Source: Marsupella aquatica
Taxonomy: Eukaryota > Plantae > Marchantiophyta
Direction of reading: 5' to 3'
Length of the DNA: 64,000 nt
NCBI GenBank assembly: GCA_973895155.1
Contig: OZ316891.1
Coordinates: forward strand, 25,419,899-25,483,898
The translations under genes and the position numbers were made by a program. The notes under the pieces are model-generated. The model did not search any database, had not been told where the DNA came from, and saw nothing but the letters and a program-made list of their open reading frames with translations. Below are positions 34,790 through 47,533 of the stretch, piece by piece (positions within the stretch are counted from its first letter, which is position 1; every line of letters begins with the position of its first letter).

Positions 34790-37700
34790 TGTTGTGGGAT
34801 AAATGAGACAAAGAGTTGTTCCATCTGTATTCCTGGTAGAATATGTACATGTGGCTACAGCCTAAGTAGTTAGGGTAGTTACATAGGTAGTTATCCCAAA
34901 GGTAGACTTAACTCAGGTATGAGTTACAACACTCCCCCTTTGTAACATTGGGGTTTAAATGTTACAATCAAGAGTCTACTTTGGGCATACTCAGTGGTAT
35001 ACAATAGGTTTTTTTTATGTCTAGCCTATTTTATAAATGGTGTAGCCATCTCAAGTTTATTATAAATGAATGTAAAGCTTCTCCTAATAGATGTCTTATA
35101 ATTCATGTTGCATGGTAAAGTATAAGTGGGGGATGTAACCTCATTAAAACCTCCCCTACTTTCTTTGTGGGAGGAAAGAGTATTACCATCCCCATGGTTG
35201 TAACATAATTGGGTTTAAGAATATAGTGTATGTGTAATTTCTACAAAGTCTCTTAAGGTGTTTGTCAACACTATAGGCTTGTTGAAGATCCTCCTTGGTT
35301 GGTGTTAGCAAAGTTGATGTTGTTTTGTGTCTTTCGTCTCTTCCCGGTCAGGCAATGAAGATTCCTCAATGGTCATAGATTACATGCAAGGAAAAAACAA
35401 GGTATTAGTTCATAATGAAGATGATATGGTTGATTGAAATCCGTTGGCCTTGGAATCGTTTGGAGTGTCCAATCCTAGGTCTCATATATCATAGGGATTT
35501 CCTATCAAGGTATAGCGTACCATCTGTCATGGTGCCTTACCAAGTCATACCTCACCTGATAGTACCTTGTAATGTGATACCATACTTCATATGATCATAT
35601 GATACCTTATTATGATATGATGTGGGGTCTTTGATATTTCCAATTTAAGTCGTCATGACATGTCATCCAATATTGGTGATTTAATGCATTTTTCATAATT
35701 TGGCCATATGCTTCTAACTCATGGAATGTAGTTCCATTTTTTTAAATATTGATTGTTGTGAAAAGCACTTGTGCGGTAGGCACATCCCATGGGTTAAATT
35801 TCTGGGAGGCAAGTCTTGCTTGAGGTCTCCCCCTCAATTTGTCAAATATTTTTCCTTTCTAGCTGGGTGTGCAGTAGGCACCCATTTGCTTCCATGTGCA
35901 GTAGGCATAGGGCTTTTATGTGTAGTAGGCACCCCTGGGAAAAATATCTCCCCCTGAATTTATGAAATTAATTGGTGGAAGTAATCATCATTTGTCGCCA
36001 TGTAGGTTCTGTACTTTAGCTTCTTTCTTTATGTCCTTACTTCATGCTTTGTTGTTTGGTTTTTCTTTCCTTTTGAAGAGAAAGTCTCTTTGTTCTTTAG
36101 TTCTCCATTCCTTAGTGTAAAATGGTCTTCTTAGAAGAAAAGGTGGAGGACTTTCCTTTGGTTTGATGGCTTCTCTTTGTTTGCCTCCTTTGCCCGGCGT
36201 CTCGTCTTTAGCTTGTACCACGATCTCCATCTGCACTGGACATCCTTCTCTCTCCTGGCGTTCCTCACGTTCTCTCTTTGCTTTTTCGGGTTTGTGCTTC
36301 CTTCAATGTTCTTGGATTTATCCTCCTTGGTTTCCGTGCTTATTGTTTCTCTCCTCTGTCTCGCATTCTTTCCTTCAAAGTTTTCAGTTTCTCCCTTCGC
36401 GTTCGATCATGGACTGTCTTTATATGTTCGCGATGCTGCCTGCCTTGCTCACGATCTGCGTTCGATTTTTGTAGCGTCTTCTCTCCTCCTATCTTTTCAA
36501 TTGGGAATTAGGCGTATGGGTGTTCCTTATGAATCAATCTTCCGTATGAGGTCGCCTTCACGGACTGGAATTAGGAGGTCTGATGACTCGTTCCAAAACG
36601 CAGATCTCCATGAACTTACAAAATACAACAGTATTATATACTTCAAATGTGGAACTCGTGCAGACGCGTCAGTATAACCATGTATCATCTCGGTAAACGC
36701 CCAGTGTGCCTCACTTGGCCCCCGAAACCAAAACATTTTGCGCCTGTTAATTTAAGTCTCTGATGTTGTCGCCACAAACTATTTGATCTCAGACTCGACA
36801 GCTTGTGGAATGACACCATAAGGCGTTTTTGGAAGGTCTTCAGGATCGAAGCACCTTGGCAGCATTTTTTTTGTTGCTTTGGATCCGATCGAGCACTTCG
36901 AAATATGAATCATTGGCAGGATGACAGGAAGACGCTGAAAACTATCCTGGAGGACATCGACAAGGTGCCGTCCCGTAGCGGCGACAAATAACTCAATTTT
37001 GGAGTACCGAATGCTGAAGCCATTCAAGGTGCAGAGCCGACAAGATTTACCGCTGAATTGGGCCTCGAGTTTGAAGATCTCACGTACACTGTCGTCAAGC
37101 AGGAGAAGATCGACGGAAAATGGGAGTCCTATCCCATCGACCTTCTGCAAGGGATTTTGGGAAAGGCTATCAGAGGCCAATTGACAGGAATCATGGGACC
37201 GAGCGGTGCTGGCAAGTCCACCTTCCTGGATGCTCTGGTCGGCCGCATTGAGCAACGGAGTCTGGGCGAGACAGTGCGGCTGGATGGGCAGCAGGTGACC
37301 GGCAGCTATATCAAGCGCAATAGCGCATACGTGATGCAGGAAGACCTTCTCTTCCCCTTTCTAACAGTTACTGAGACCTTCATGTTCGCTGCTAAGATGC
37401 GCCTCCCCACGAAGCTTTCGCACTCCGAGAAAGCTGACCATGTCCAGGCTCTAATCACGCAGCTTGGTCTTGAGGTAAATTACATGTCAATCTTTCTCTA
37501 GCATACAGCTTTGAAATCACAACTAGTACGATTTGAGCCATTACTGCTCCAGTATCTATAGTTTGAACCATTCTTAAGCGTAAGCTAAGTCACATAGCAG
37601 GAGGGCAGCGTCTCTCTCCTCATATGCAGCTATTCTCTCCGTGATAGCCGAATTTCACTCCAAGATAGCTGCATCCCGTGCGGCTATCATTGGCTATCGA

Positions 37701-38139
37701 GCAAGGCCTGTCCCTATGAGGTCGCAATGTCCTAATCGAATTCTTCTTTTTGCTTTTTGATCATCTTCTCTCTATTGCTGTCGTCTTGCTCTTCTTATCC
37801 TTTTCACCCTGGAGGGGAATGCTGCTTCTGTTCTTGCTGTCCTTATCGATTCCTCTCGAATGCCTTATGAATATCTATGTCCAATTTTCTAAAGAGTGCT
37901 CTCTTGTTCGATCTCTCTTCTTCTTCTCTTCCCAAGCGTTTTCAGATTTTAATCGCCATAACCTGTTCTCTTCTCTCCGCTCCGCTGGTGAGACAAAGTG
38001 CTGATAACGTGTTGTGGGATAAATGAGACAAAGAGTTGTTCCATCTGTATTCCTGGTAGAATATGTACATGTGGCTACAGCCTAAGTAGTTAGGGTAGTT
38101 ACATAGGTAGTTATCCCAAAGGTAGACTTAACTCAGGTA
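34790..38139 (-). mobile_element. Non-autonomous LTR retrotransposon copy 2 (inverted relative to copy 1; 5' LTR truncated by ~12 bp)
   Basis: LTRs 34790-34931 and 38010-38139; internal region is a near-identical reverse complement of 7948-11026. Confidence 0.93.
36905..37474 (+). pseudogene. Captured STR/STR2-like ABCG exon 1, copy 2
   Basis: Same as 8483-9052, with a different premature stop (TAA 36989-36991); Walker A GPSGAGKST. Confidence 0.85.
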
Positions 38140-40622
38140 CTCTTCAAGGTCTCGAAGACACTTAGCCAAGGATGTCACTGTGAAATCGGCATCTCCTGGC
38201 CAAAGGCTAGTGACACTAAAGTGTGCATAAACTCCTGGATCCCTCCCGTGGGTCAACATCCCTGTGAGAGCAATAGGTAGCGGCATTCCATGACCCGAAA
38301 GAGATTTAGGAGTACTAACCATTTTTGGAATCCATGTCTTTGCTTGATCCATCTTGTCGTGAATAATGCAAAGATATTCTCCTGGGTGTTGTTTGGCCAT
38401 CACTCGATGAGCGTAGTAAACATATCTACGTGACATTTGCTCACGAAGATGTTGCGCTCGCTTTTCTTCAATTTCAGCACGTTCTTTTTTCCTTCTTTCT
38501 CGCATCAAACTGTCTTTGTATTCACAACAAAGAGTACACTTGGCAAATGCACCATCTTTATGAAAACTGAAGTTTACAAATGAGTTGCTCCAGATCTTGT
38601 AGAGAGTATTCTTTGTGACAGGAGGAAGCCCTTCTTCCTTCATCTTTGTTCTCACATCTTCTTGAATCTCTAGCTTCTTGTAACACGCCGAAAGACCGTA
38701 CTCAGTAGAGTCTGTCCCATGTGCCCCTCCATAAGGCATATGAGGCATGGGCTCTGCATTTCGAGTCAAAAAAGCCTCCAACAGAGCTCGTGCATGCAAG
38801 GTATTTGCCCTTGTTTTCATCAAGCCCGTATTGCCATGGAACCCAATTTTGCAACCCTCCACATATCTCCTTTTGTAATCATAATATTTGGTGTGGCTAA
38901 AACCGTGGATAATTGCAAATGCATGTCTGCATATGACCTTGGGGGTTTCACAAAAATGGCATATCACGTGCGACGAAGGATAGGGTCATTTTATTGGTTG
39001 TAAGGGAAGACTTAAGAATTTTTGTAGAAGAACAATAGGGTCTTTTAATTTTGAGACTTATAAGAATATTAGGGCCTTTTTAATCCAATTTTTGGAATAT
39101 TCCAAGGATATTCCAACTTTATAGGGGTTAAAAAATAATATTTTTTTCTTACATTTTAGGGGGTCCAAGGCCTAAAAACGTCGCAGGTGATGGGGAAATC
39201 CCCATGTAGTGAGACCCCCGAGCATATGACCATACCCTTAAGAACATGGTGTCCCTTATCACGAACATCATCCTCTCTATAGTGAAAGAGGTTGAAAATG
39301 TGTGACATTTTTGACTCGCTTGACATCCCATGAAATTCCATCCTAATACCTTCGATGTTTTCCCTTGGCATAATGAGACAACATTTTTGCTTGCAACAAT
39401 TTTCTCTTTTCACATCATCAATTGACGCCTCTGTTGTTTTTGAAATTGCCTTGGTTTCCAACAACCTCCTCTTCTTTTCATTTGGATCTACTTGATTCCT
39501 CTTGTTGAAATTGTACGGCCTTGAACACAATACTCCTCTATCACTTACATCCGCATTGAGTTCATCCCTATCCATTGAGTCCATCCTCTCAGAACCTTCC
39601 ACCAAAATGTCTGAAAAAAAATTTCCATTTGCAACTAGTTTTGTTGAATCAATCCGCCATCGAATCAAACTCACTATTCCCTTGTGGATGTTGGGAAAGT
39701 ATTGTGCTGCCACAACATCTTTCACAGCAATCCCAACATGGTCATCACCAAGAATTTCATCATCAACTGCTGCTGTCACTTGAGGGACAGTGATCGTTCC
39801 AGTAGCAACCATTTTGGTTCGATCCAAAGCAGTGTAGATTTCAACCAACTCTGACATCCAGTTTGCCCAATGAAAATAGTCACACTTAGTGTCCGTGGTG
39901 TTCGCCGAACAAGACTGTGAAACAAAATTTACCTTGTCCTTCTGCTTCTTAGAGGAAGATTTGTTGCTCCCATCAATATCAACATTCCATACTTTATTGT
40001 GGACGTCAACCACATCCCATAGAACCCAGGAGTCCTTTGCCTCTTCAATTGTTGCAGCTCCACCATGTGCGTAAGGTAAAGTCTTACTACCATGAATCAC
40101 ATCTGTGACTTTTACACTAACCCGAGACTCACCGAGTAATATGTTATGACATCTCTCCATTGGATCGGTCTTGAAAACAACTCCAAAGGCCACACAATGG
40201 CCAGAGATAAACATTTCAACCTCATCGCCTGGCCTTAGGGTGGTCAAAGCATCCTCCTCTACATTTGCAAAATTATGGATGTTGTTATCTTTTTGAGTCG
40301 AACAACTACCAATACTGATGCGTTTTTGAGTAATCTTATCCGCAAATCGATATGCACATGACATATCCCAAATGACACATGAGTCAATGGCATCATGAAG
40401 ATTTTCTGCCCTAGGCATTGGAAAAGGGAGCTTCCTAGTCTCACCAAAGGCCTTCTCAATGAGAACCCCAATTCGATTCTCTCCCAGCACAATATTTTGA
40501 ACACTCTCTCGCGGATCTGTCTTTTGAACTGTCCCATTTCCAACGTCGTAACCATCAATTGTCAAGGTAACATCATCACCCCTAGAAAACCTTTGAGACA
40601 TCCTTTTCCTATTTTCCTGCAC
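38140..40622 (-). pseudogene. Sola-like DDE transposase with three N-terminal Tnp1/DUF8039-like repeats; 3'-truncated and MITE-interrupted
   Basis: CCKQKCC...GMVIC|RHAFAIIHG...CTLC...HLREQMSRRYVY...IIHDKMDQAKTWIP; 4-bp TSD consistent with Sola. Confidence 0.7.
38939..39221. mobile_element. 283-bp Mutator-like MITE
   Basis: 10-bp TSD GCATATGACC (38929-38938, 39222-39231); TIRs TTGGGGGTTTCAC / GTGAGACCCCCGA; removal restores KGMVICRHAF. Confidence 0.88.
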
Positions 40623-40662
40623 ACTGAAAAAAATGGATTAAAACCAAACTCATGCAAATTTT

Positions 40663-41660
40663 GATTCAGACTACTATCCTCCAATTTCGGATTTGGACTA
40701 GGACCATCCGAGTCCGGATGTGGACCGGGACCATCCAAGTCTGGATTAGGACTGCAATCCTCCGAGTCTGGATTTGGACTACGATCCTCCAATTCTGGAT
40801 TTGGCCAGGGACCATCCAAGTCCGGATTTGGACCGGGACCATCCAAGTTTGGATTTGGACTGCAATCCTCCGAGTCTGGATTTGGACTACAATCCTCCGA
40901 TTCTGGATTTGGACTGGGACCATCCAAGTCCGGATTTGGACCGGGACCATCCAAGTCCGGATTTGGATTGCAATCCTTTGAGTCTGGATTTGGACTACGA
41001 TCCTTCGATTCTGGATTTGGACTGGGACCATCCCAGTCCAAGGTTGGACTAGAACCATCCCAATCCAAACTAGGACTCGGACCATCCCAATCCAAACTAG
41101 GACTTGGACCATCCAAGTCCAAACCTGGACTCGGACCATCCCAATCCAAACTTGGACTTGGACCGTCCAAGTCTAAACTTGGACCCGGACCATCCCAATC
41201 CAAAATTGGACTCGAACCATCCCAATCCAAACTAGGACTTAGACCATCCAAGTCCAAACTAGGACTCGGACCATCCCAATCCAAACTTGGACTCGGACCA
41301 TCCTAATCCAAAGTTGGACTCGGACCATCCAAGTTCAAACTTGGACTCGGATGATCCCAATCCAAAGTTGGACTCGGACCATCGTAATCCAAAGTTGGAC
41401 TCAGACCATCCCAATCCAAGGACTTGGACCATCCAAGTTCAAACTTGGCCTCGTATGATCCCAATCCAAAGTTGGACTCAGATGATCCCAATGCAAAGTT
41501 GGACTCGGATGATCCTAATCCAAACTTGGACTAGGGCCAATGAGAATCCAAACTTGGACTCGAATGATCCTAATCCAAACTTGGACTAGGGCCAATGAGA
41601 ATCCAAACTTGGACTCGAATGATCCTAATCCAAACTTGGACTAGGACCATCCTAGACCAA
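40663..41660. repeat. Tandem array of a 27-bp quasi-palindromic unit (~35 copies)
   Basis: Unit TTGGACTCGGACCATCCCAATCCAAAC (TTGGAYTNGGA-CCA-TCCNARTCCAA). Confidence 0.92.
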
Positions 41661-42499
41661 CCCATGATGTAATGGGAGATAAACTTCAAACATCTTAAGC
41701 TAAGAAAAATCCAAATTTAGGAAGACCCCGTATTTTACGGATCTCCCTAGATATGGTGTAGCCTAAAGTTTGTGTGGTCTTAAGGCAGACCCTAATGTCT
41801 ACATACAGTTTCATGAAATAATGGAACCTTAAATTTGAATGCATTAACCTTATACTCACCTTAGTATTAAGATCTGGTAGAAGATGAATATCACATCCAA
41901 GGGGTATACATTGTTGTTTGAATAATGGTAAAAATTTCCCAGAACCTTGAAATACAAGCTATATGCCACTAAATCTTGGGAGTAAAAAACAAACTGAACC
42001 CTAAACCACACATGTCTGTAAAAGATAAACTGAGAGGACTCCAAAAGTCAAGAAGCTGGCTAAGCTGACCCAATGAAGGTAAGTGGCTCAATACATAACA
42101 CTTTAAGAGAAACTCCACTCCGGATTACATGGAGCTTAGATTTGGGAAACTAGAACAAGAATGAGCTCCAAAGTGGGCATCTCCCAAATTATACCCTTTG
42201 CTCGAGTCGGCTCAACTGGAAATCGCGTGAAGATAAGGGTTGAGTACGCGTTCACCTTAGCTTGCAGACACACCTTATCTTCACGAGCCTAATTGCGCGG
42301 GGACTACCATGGAAGGCTGTTAGGTAGGCAGGACATCAAGGAAGGAGGCCGTATGCAAGGTGAGGGCAACGGGCCGGATGCAGGAGCAGGCCGTACGCCA
42401 GAGCAGGCCATACGCAATAGAAGGAGGCAACCGGCCGTACACAGGCCGGGGTGAGGCAGGAGGGGGTAAAGGGATGGAGAGGTCCAGCCAGGACCTCGT

Positions 42500-42760
42500 T
42501 CTCATTCTCTCACTCCTCGCTCTCTCGCTCTCTCGCTCTCCTCTCGCTCTCCTCCTCACTCTCTCGCTCTCCTCCTCACTCTCTCGCTCTCCTCCTCACT
42601 CTCTTGCTCTCCTGTCGCTCTCCTTGCTCTTTGCTCTCCGCTCTCTCTTTGCTCTCCGCTCTCTCTTTGCTCTCCGCTCTCTCTTCGCTCTCCGCTCTCT
42701 CTTTGCTCTCCATTCTCTTTCTGCCTCCCCGCCTCCGCCTTCCACCTTCCACCTCCATTC
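42500..42760. repeat. CT-rich simple repeats (CTCTCGCTCTCCTC; 18-bp GCTCTCCGCTCTCTCTTT)
   Basis: Directly visible; lies between the divergent transposase and cargo genes. Confidence 0.85.
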
Positions 42761-42988
42761 TTTTTTATTGCCCTAGATCGGACGCCTGCTAAGACGCCAC
42801 GTGTCTTTCTGCCATGTGTTAGAAAGATGGAAGCAAATCGCGTCCTTGTGATGTCCTACGTGGAAGAAATGGAGGAGTTTGACCTCTCCTCTATGAGCGA
42901 CAGTGTGGAACTGGCACTCAAAGACTCTAGACAATTTCAATCATGAATCCCTAGTAAGTATCCATCACCTATCCTCCCTAAGTCTTAG

Positions 42989-43275
42989 AGGACTGGGACC
43001 ATCCGAGTCCAAAGTTGGACTTGGACCATCCCAATCCAAACTTGGACTCGGACCATCCCAATCCAAAATTGGACTCGGACCATCCAAATCCAAAGTTGGA
43101 CTCGGATGATACCAATCCAAAGTTGGACTCGGACCATCCCAATCCAAAGTTGGACTCGGACCATCCAAATCCAAAGTTGGACTCGGATGATCCAAATCCA
43201 TCTAGGAGATTGAATCCCAATTGTAGGAGCAAGTCTAAAACCATCTCAAGTTGGACTAGGACCATCCTAATCCAA
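42989..43275. repeat. Second array of the 27-bp quasi-palindromic unit (~8-10 copies)
   Basis: Same unit as 40663-41660, immediately upstream of the ATG at 43315. Confidence 0.92.
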
Positions 43276-43314
43276 CAAGAGTTATGCAAATGTTTGAAAG
43301 GTTTTAAGTCTAAC

Positions 43315-43469
43315 ATGGATGACGTTTATGATGTAGGGAGCAATCTTGTTGTTTTCAAACCCGCGATTGCACCGACCCACTGCCTGGACAAATTCTTACT
43401 AGATGAGAGATCCCCACGCTTTTGATGGGGGCTTGAGTTCTCAAGAACCCCGCTTAATAATGAAGTGCC
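43315..43469 (+). pseudogene. 5' end of the element B cargo gene, split by the Copia
   Basis: MDDVYDVG...NNEVP joins in frame with STTIEPV at 56656+ across TSD GTGCC; contains one in-frame TGA. Confidence 0.6.
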
Positions 43470-44005
43470 TGTTGTAAACAAAGTAGATAATTGTAATCTT
43501 CCACACACTTCCATTATATCAAGGACTTATATAGTCCTAAGAGGTTAACATATTGGGTTAAGGTTAACCTACTCTAGTCTAGGGTTAAAGTAAACTATGG
43601 TTTATGACACTTCCCCTTGGTTAATTGGACGGGGTGTCAAGTAACCACACTTTTAACCCTAGTGTAAAATGGAATCCACTTTTGATGTAGCCTCATTAAA
43701 ACTTGTTGCTTTCTTCTCAAGGAAGAGTACTACCATCATTAGAATTTGTGGTCCATAAAATGTATGTTCTATATGATGAATTATCCTGTTAAATTCTAAG
43801 GTATGTTAAAATTTAGGGTAACTTTAGAGTAAGAGTAGTTCACTATGTCTAAAAGTATAATGTCTTATGCCCGAACGGTTAATTGAATCGAAGTAATGGT
43901 GTAAAGTCGGAGGTATATGTGTATAGCTTAGGTCGGGTATTTGGTAAACAGGGAGGTGTTGGGGGGAAAGGTCGAAACCCAAATCCGAAGTCCTCATTTC
44001 GTTTT

Positions 44006-44300
44006 TCAAGCATCTGCTTGGTGGGGTGCGTCGGCAGTGGGGGAAAGCAGGGTAGAGAGTCGACACATTCTGATGGCGGTAACGTGTTGTCGATGGGGTC
44101 CCGTAGGTAAGGGCTTCGTAAAAAGATCGGCGCAATTGTCTTGTGAACGGATCCACTTCACCTGGATCTGGTTTCCACTCTGTTCGTGCGTAAAAAAGAA
44201 TTTTGGATCAATATGTTTGGTCCGATCTGTCTTCATGTAGCCTGCAACAATTTGGTCGACGCATGCTTTATTGTCTTCGTAAATAATTGTTGGTTTGGTC
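44006..44300 (-). pseudogene. Copia RNase H C-terminus
   Basis: PTIIYEDNKAC...DRTKHIDPKFFFTHE...NCADLFTKPLP. Confidence 0.93.
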
Positions 44301-45313
44301 AATATCGTTTTGCCAGAGGGATGGAATGAGCTGGTGACCTTGAGAACTGGTTGCTTACGGGCGCTGACTTGTGCTCTCTCTCAAGAGCTTGGAATCATCC
44401 ACACCTGGATCGGGTGTGGGCGTTGCTTCCCGAGGGGGAAGGTTTTGATATGCAGGAGACACCGCATGCGAATGAACCCACTCTTGCTCACTCTCAACAT
44501 CTCCATGCTCTGGACGGCTCGGGAGATTTTAGAAGGTTTTAGGGCGGTTTAGGGTGTAGGAGAAGGGAGACGCACTGTGTGTACACAGACACGGGCATGG
44601 TGGGTACGGGGGCAGTTTGCTCGATGGAGAATGTTTCCTCAGATACAAGCGATGGCGAAGGAGAGTCTTAACTGTTACACATTGGTGGATAAATCGGTGA
44701 GTGTTGGGTGGATCCGATTCTGTGCTCGGCTATAACCGAGAGTGGCGGAAAAGTGATGAGTGAAAGGGCCAGGATGGGCTTTGAGGAGACCGGAGCGTAA
44801 GCGGACTGATGGTAGATGGGATTGGGAGGATCAATTTTCCGTATGTGGCTGTGCTGGCTGGTTGATGTGACCAAGAATGGTCTCTTCCAGAGGGGAGGAG
44901 CTGCGGGGACTTGATGGGAGGTAATCGCTTACGGAGGTGTGAGGGAATGCCTTTTAGCTGAAGAGGATCGAAGGAGCACGGGACAGTGGGACGTCCTCGA
45001 CAATCGTGGCTTATTCATTGATGGCGTGGAGACTTTTTGATGCCACTCTCCGTTTCTCATAACCTGGGATGGAGCGGTGAGACAATTCTGTATGAAGGTT
45101 TGGCAGCGAGAGGAGAGAGAATAGGGACGAGCTGAGAGCTGTTTCAACGTCGTAACCTGCGAATAGAAGGATGGGCGGGCATACACAGCGGTGAGAAGAA
45201 GGACTGACCTTGGTGCGCCTTGGAGACGAGGAGGTGTGGAGTGGCAGCGGGACTTCGAGCCATCATTGAATCTTCTGGTGAGTACAAGAAGACCTTGACT
45301 ATTTTATTCCTAA

Positions 45314-47287
45314 TTGGATGCAAAGGCTGTAGAGTCAAGGAAGGCCACTTGTATCATGGAGGAACAGGGGATAGACTATTATGGACCCTCGAGCCGCAGG
45401 AGCGCGAGGGGGGGACGCTTAGCTGGTGGACGAGTAGATCGGAGGACACAAGGGGAGCCTGCTGCAAGGCTTGAGGTGGGGGGGATACCCGGTGAAGCTG
45501 TGGGGCGATCACCTGCGCGGGGTGTTATGGTCAATGGACCTGCTATTGGATTCTCTGCGCAAGATGCGCGCTCTGGGAGGAACGACCCGAATTTGGGGGA
45601 GACAACTGCGGCCAGATCTCAGTTGTATTACTTGAATGGGAATGAGCGTCCGGTGAATGGACCTGGACCTAAGGTGCAGTCGGTGAGTGGAATGGAATTG
45701 CCTCAGAACCTGCAGGAGGGGGATGGAGCAGGGGAGAAGGAAGGCGAAGCTCTGCACTGGGGGCGTGGAACAATTGGAAGAGGGGCGAATGAGGTTAACC
45801 AGGATGCAATGGTGGGGAGTGAGGTGCCACAAGAAAATGTGGAGATGCAGGACGCGCCCGTGGAGGATGACGAATCTGAAGAGTGTATCAAGATCCTGCG
45901 CGAGATTGCGATCAGGTCCAAAGGTGATCTTGACAAGAGACTCTTTGCAGAAGTGGAATGGAACCTACCGGAAGCAGCTCGTAATGTGAGACAACTATAT
46001 AATTGCGCTCTCATATGCTACTTCACGGGAAGAACGCCGCTCCTCAATGATTTTAGAGCATGGGTAGACGAAGTGATGACAAACCAGGAGGGATGGCCGG
46101 TACTTCAGGTTAAATTCGTAGGGAAGAACTTTTACATGATAGTGTTTGAGGATCCTAATCACAGGGATCTGGCACTCAACTACGCACCATGGTTTATGGA
46201 GAGACGATTTATATACACGTTCCCATGGGATCCATCCTTTGATGTTAAATGTGAGAACTTCACGAAGCTCCCAGTGTGGATTGAGATACCGTTTAGGGAT
46301 CTTGCTCTAGAGGGCTGCAGAAGAAAGATTGCGTGCTCTCTAGGGACTCTGCTGTACTACATTCAGGGAAACGAATTCAGTTCGTATCCCCATGATCGGG
46401 CTTGCATCCTTTGGGACACGGACAGGGAAGTCCCTGCCAGTGTGAAGATTCGAATTCGTGATGACATTATTATCTGGCAACCGGTGACGTTTAAAAATAT
46501 CCCCTATCATTGCTTTCGATGCAACCAAAGAGGTCACCTGGCCCGTGAATGTAAAGTAATCTTGGAGACTGCCGGTGCTCTACGGATGGGAGCGGACCCG
46601 CCGGACGAGAAAGATGACGAGAGACACTCTGAGGCTGATCAGGAGGAGGTGTTGAGGGCTAAAGAAAATGCTGAAGCACGTGCTATTTTTCGGGGAGCCA
46701 TGGTGCCTCCTGTGCTGGAGGTACCCTTTTCAGTGGAGGAGGATATCGCTCAGGTGGAGTTGCTAATTGTTAGTCCGGTTCCTGGGGAGTTGGCAGGGCG
46801 GGACTCGGGGCCGCTGCTGCGGGAGAACCCGGATTTGCGGGTGGCGGCTTTCTCTTCGGGAACCAGGGAGAGAAGTGCTGATTGTCTCCTGACGCCTGGG
46901 CGGGCTGGCTGCATGGAGGACTCACAAGACACAGAGGCTGCCAGGATTCCACTACTGGCTGTCGTTGTCCCGTCAATTGGGCGACGGACTACTCAGAGAA
47001 ATTCAGTGGAACAAGGAATTGAAGCCCTTACTACTCCCAATTCGCGTGATGGAAATGATGAGACCTTCTCCTTTCACGAAGAATCTGATGCGGAGATGTC
47101 TGAATATGAAGCTTATATTTCACACAGCAAATTCAAAGCTAGAGCCCGCAAGCAAGAACTTCGCACACCGCCCTCTGAAAGGACTGAGAAGGCCAAAGGT
47201 GAGGCTAAGAAGCAAAGATCAATTAGATTCTCACGTGGTGCCATGTCTGATGCAGGAAGTGCGGACGGGATTACAATGCACAAGTGA
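45314..47287 (+). CDS. LINE ORF1 (DUF4283-like + zinc knuckle)
   Basis: GKNFYMIVF...APWF...PWDPSF...PVWIEIP...CFRCNQRGHLAREC. Confidence 0.9.
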   Translation: MDAKAVESRKATCIMEEQGIDYYGPSSRRSARGGRLAGGRVDRRTQGEPAARLEVGGIPGEAVGRSPARGVMVNGPAIGFSAQDARSGRNDPNLGETTAARSQLYYLNGNERPVNGPGPKVQSVSGMELPQNLQEGDGAGEKEGEALHWGRGTIGRGANEVNQDAMVGSEVPQENVEMQDAPVEDDESEECIKILREIAIRSKGDLDKRLFAEVEWNLPEAARNVRQLYNCALICYFTGRTPLLNDFRAWVDEVMTNQEGWPVLQVKFVGKNFYMIVFEDPNHRDLALNYAPWFMERRFIYTFPWDPSFDVKCENFTKLPVWIEIPFRDLALEGCRRKIACSLGTLLYYIQGNEFSSYPHDRACILWDTDREVPASVKIRIRDDIIIWQPVTFKNIPYHCFRCNQRGHLARECKVILETAGALRMGADPPDEKDDERHSEADQEEVLRAKENAEARAIFRGAMVPPVLEVPFSVEEDIAQVELLIVSPVPGELAGRDSGPLLRENPDLRVAAFSSGTRERSADCLLTPGRAGCMEDSQDTEAARIPLLAVVVPSIGRRTTQRNSVEQGIEALTTPNSRDGNDETFSFHEESDAEMSEYEAYISHSKFKARARKQELRTPPSERTEKAKGEAKKQRSIRFSRGAMSDAGSADGITMHK

Positions 47288-47533
47288 CTGCTGCTCACCA
47301 TTCCTAGAGGGAGCGATTGTGATGCGAGGGTCCAGGGGAATGCTCCTTTTGGCGGTGGAGTGGCGCATATAGCATCCCCCATGCGTGTCTCTCCTGCTGG
47401 CTCTATTAATGGATATTTGAGTGGACCTATGGGTCGAGATGTGACGGGGATGTCTCCCGGGGGACGGAATAGACTATGAGACGCAAGGATGGGGGGTGGC
47501 TGTGCCAGGATATAATTTTGGCATAGTAGGAGG

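Noticed and set aside
40562-41589. Repeat proteins (DWDGPSPSL etc.)
   Set aside because: These are translations of a 27-bp DNA array that is open in several frames on both strands; the same core recurs in an intron.
42320-42792. Leu/Ser-rich or Arg/Glu-rich ORFs
   Set aside because: Translations of CT simple repeats.
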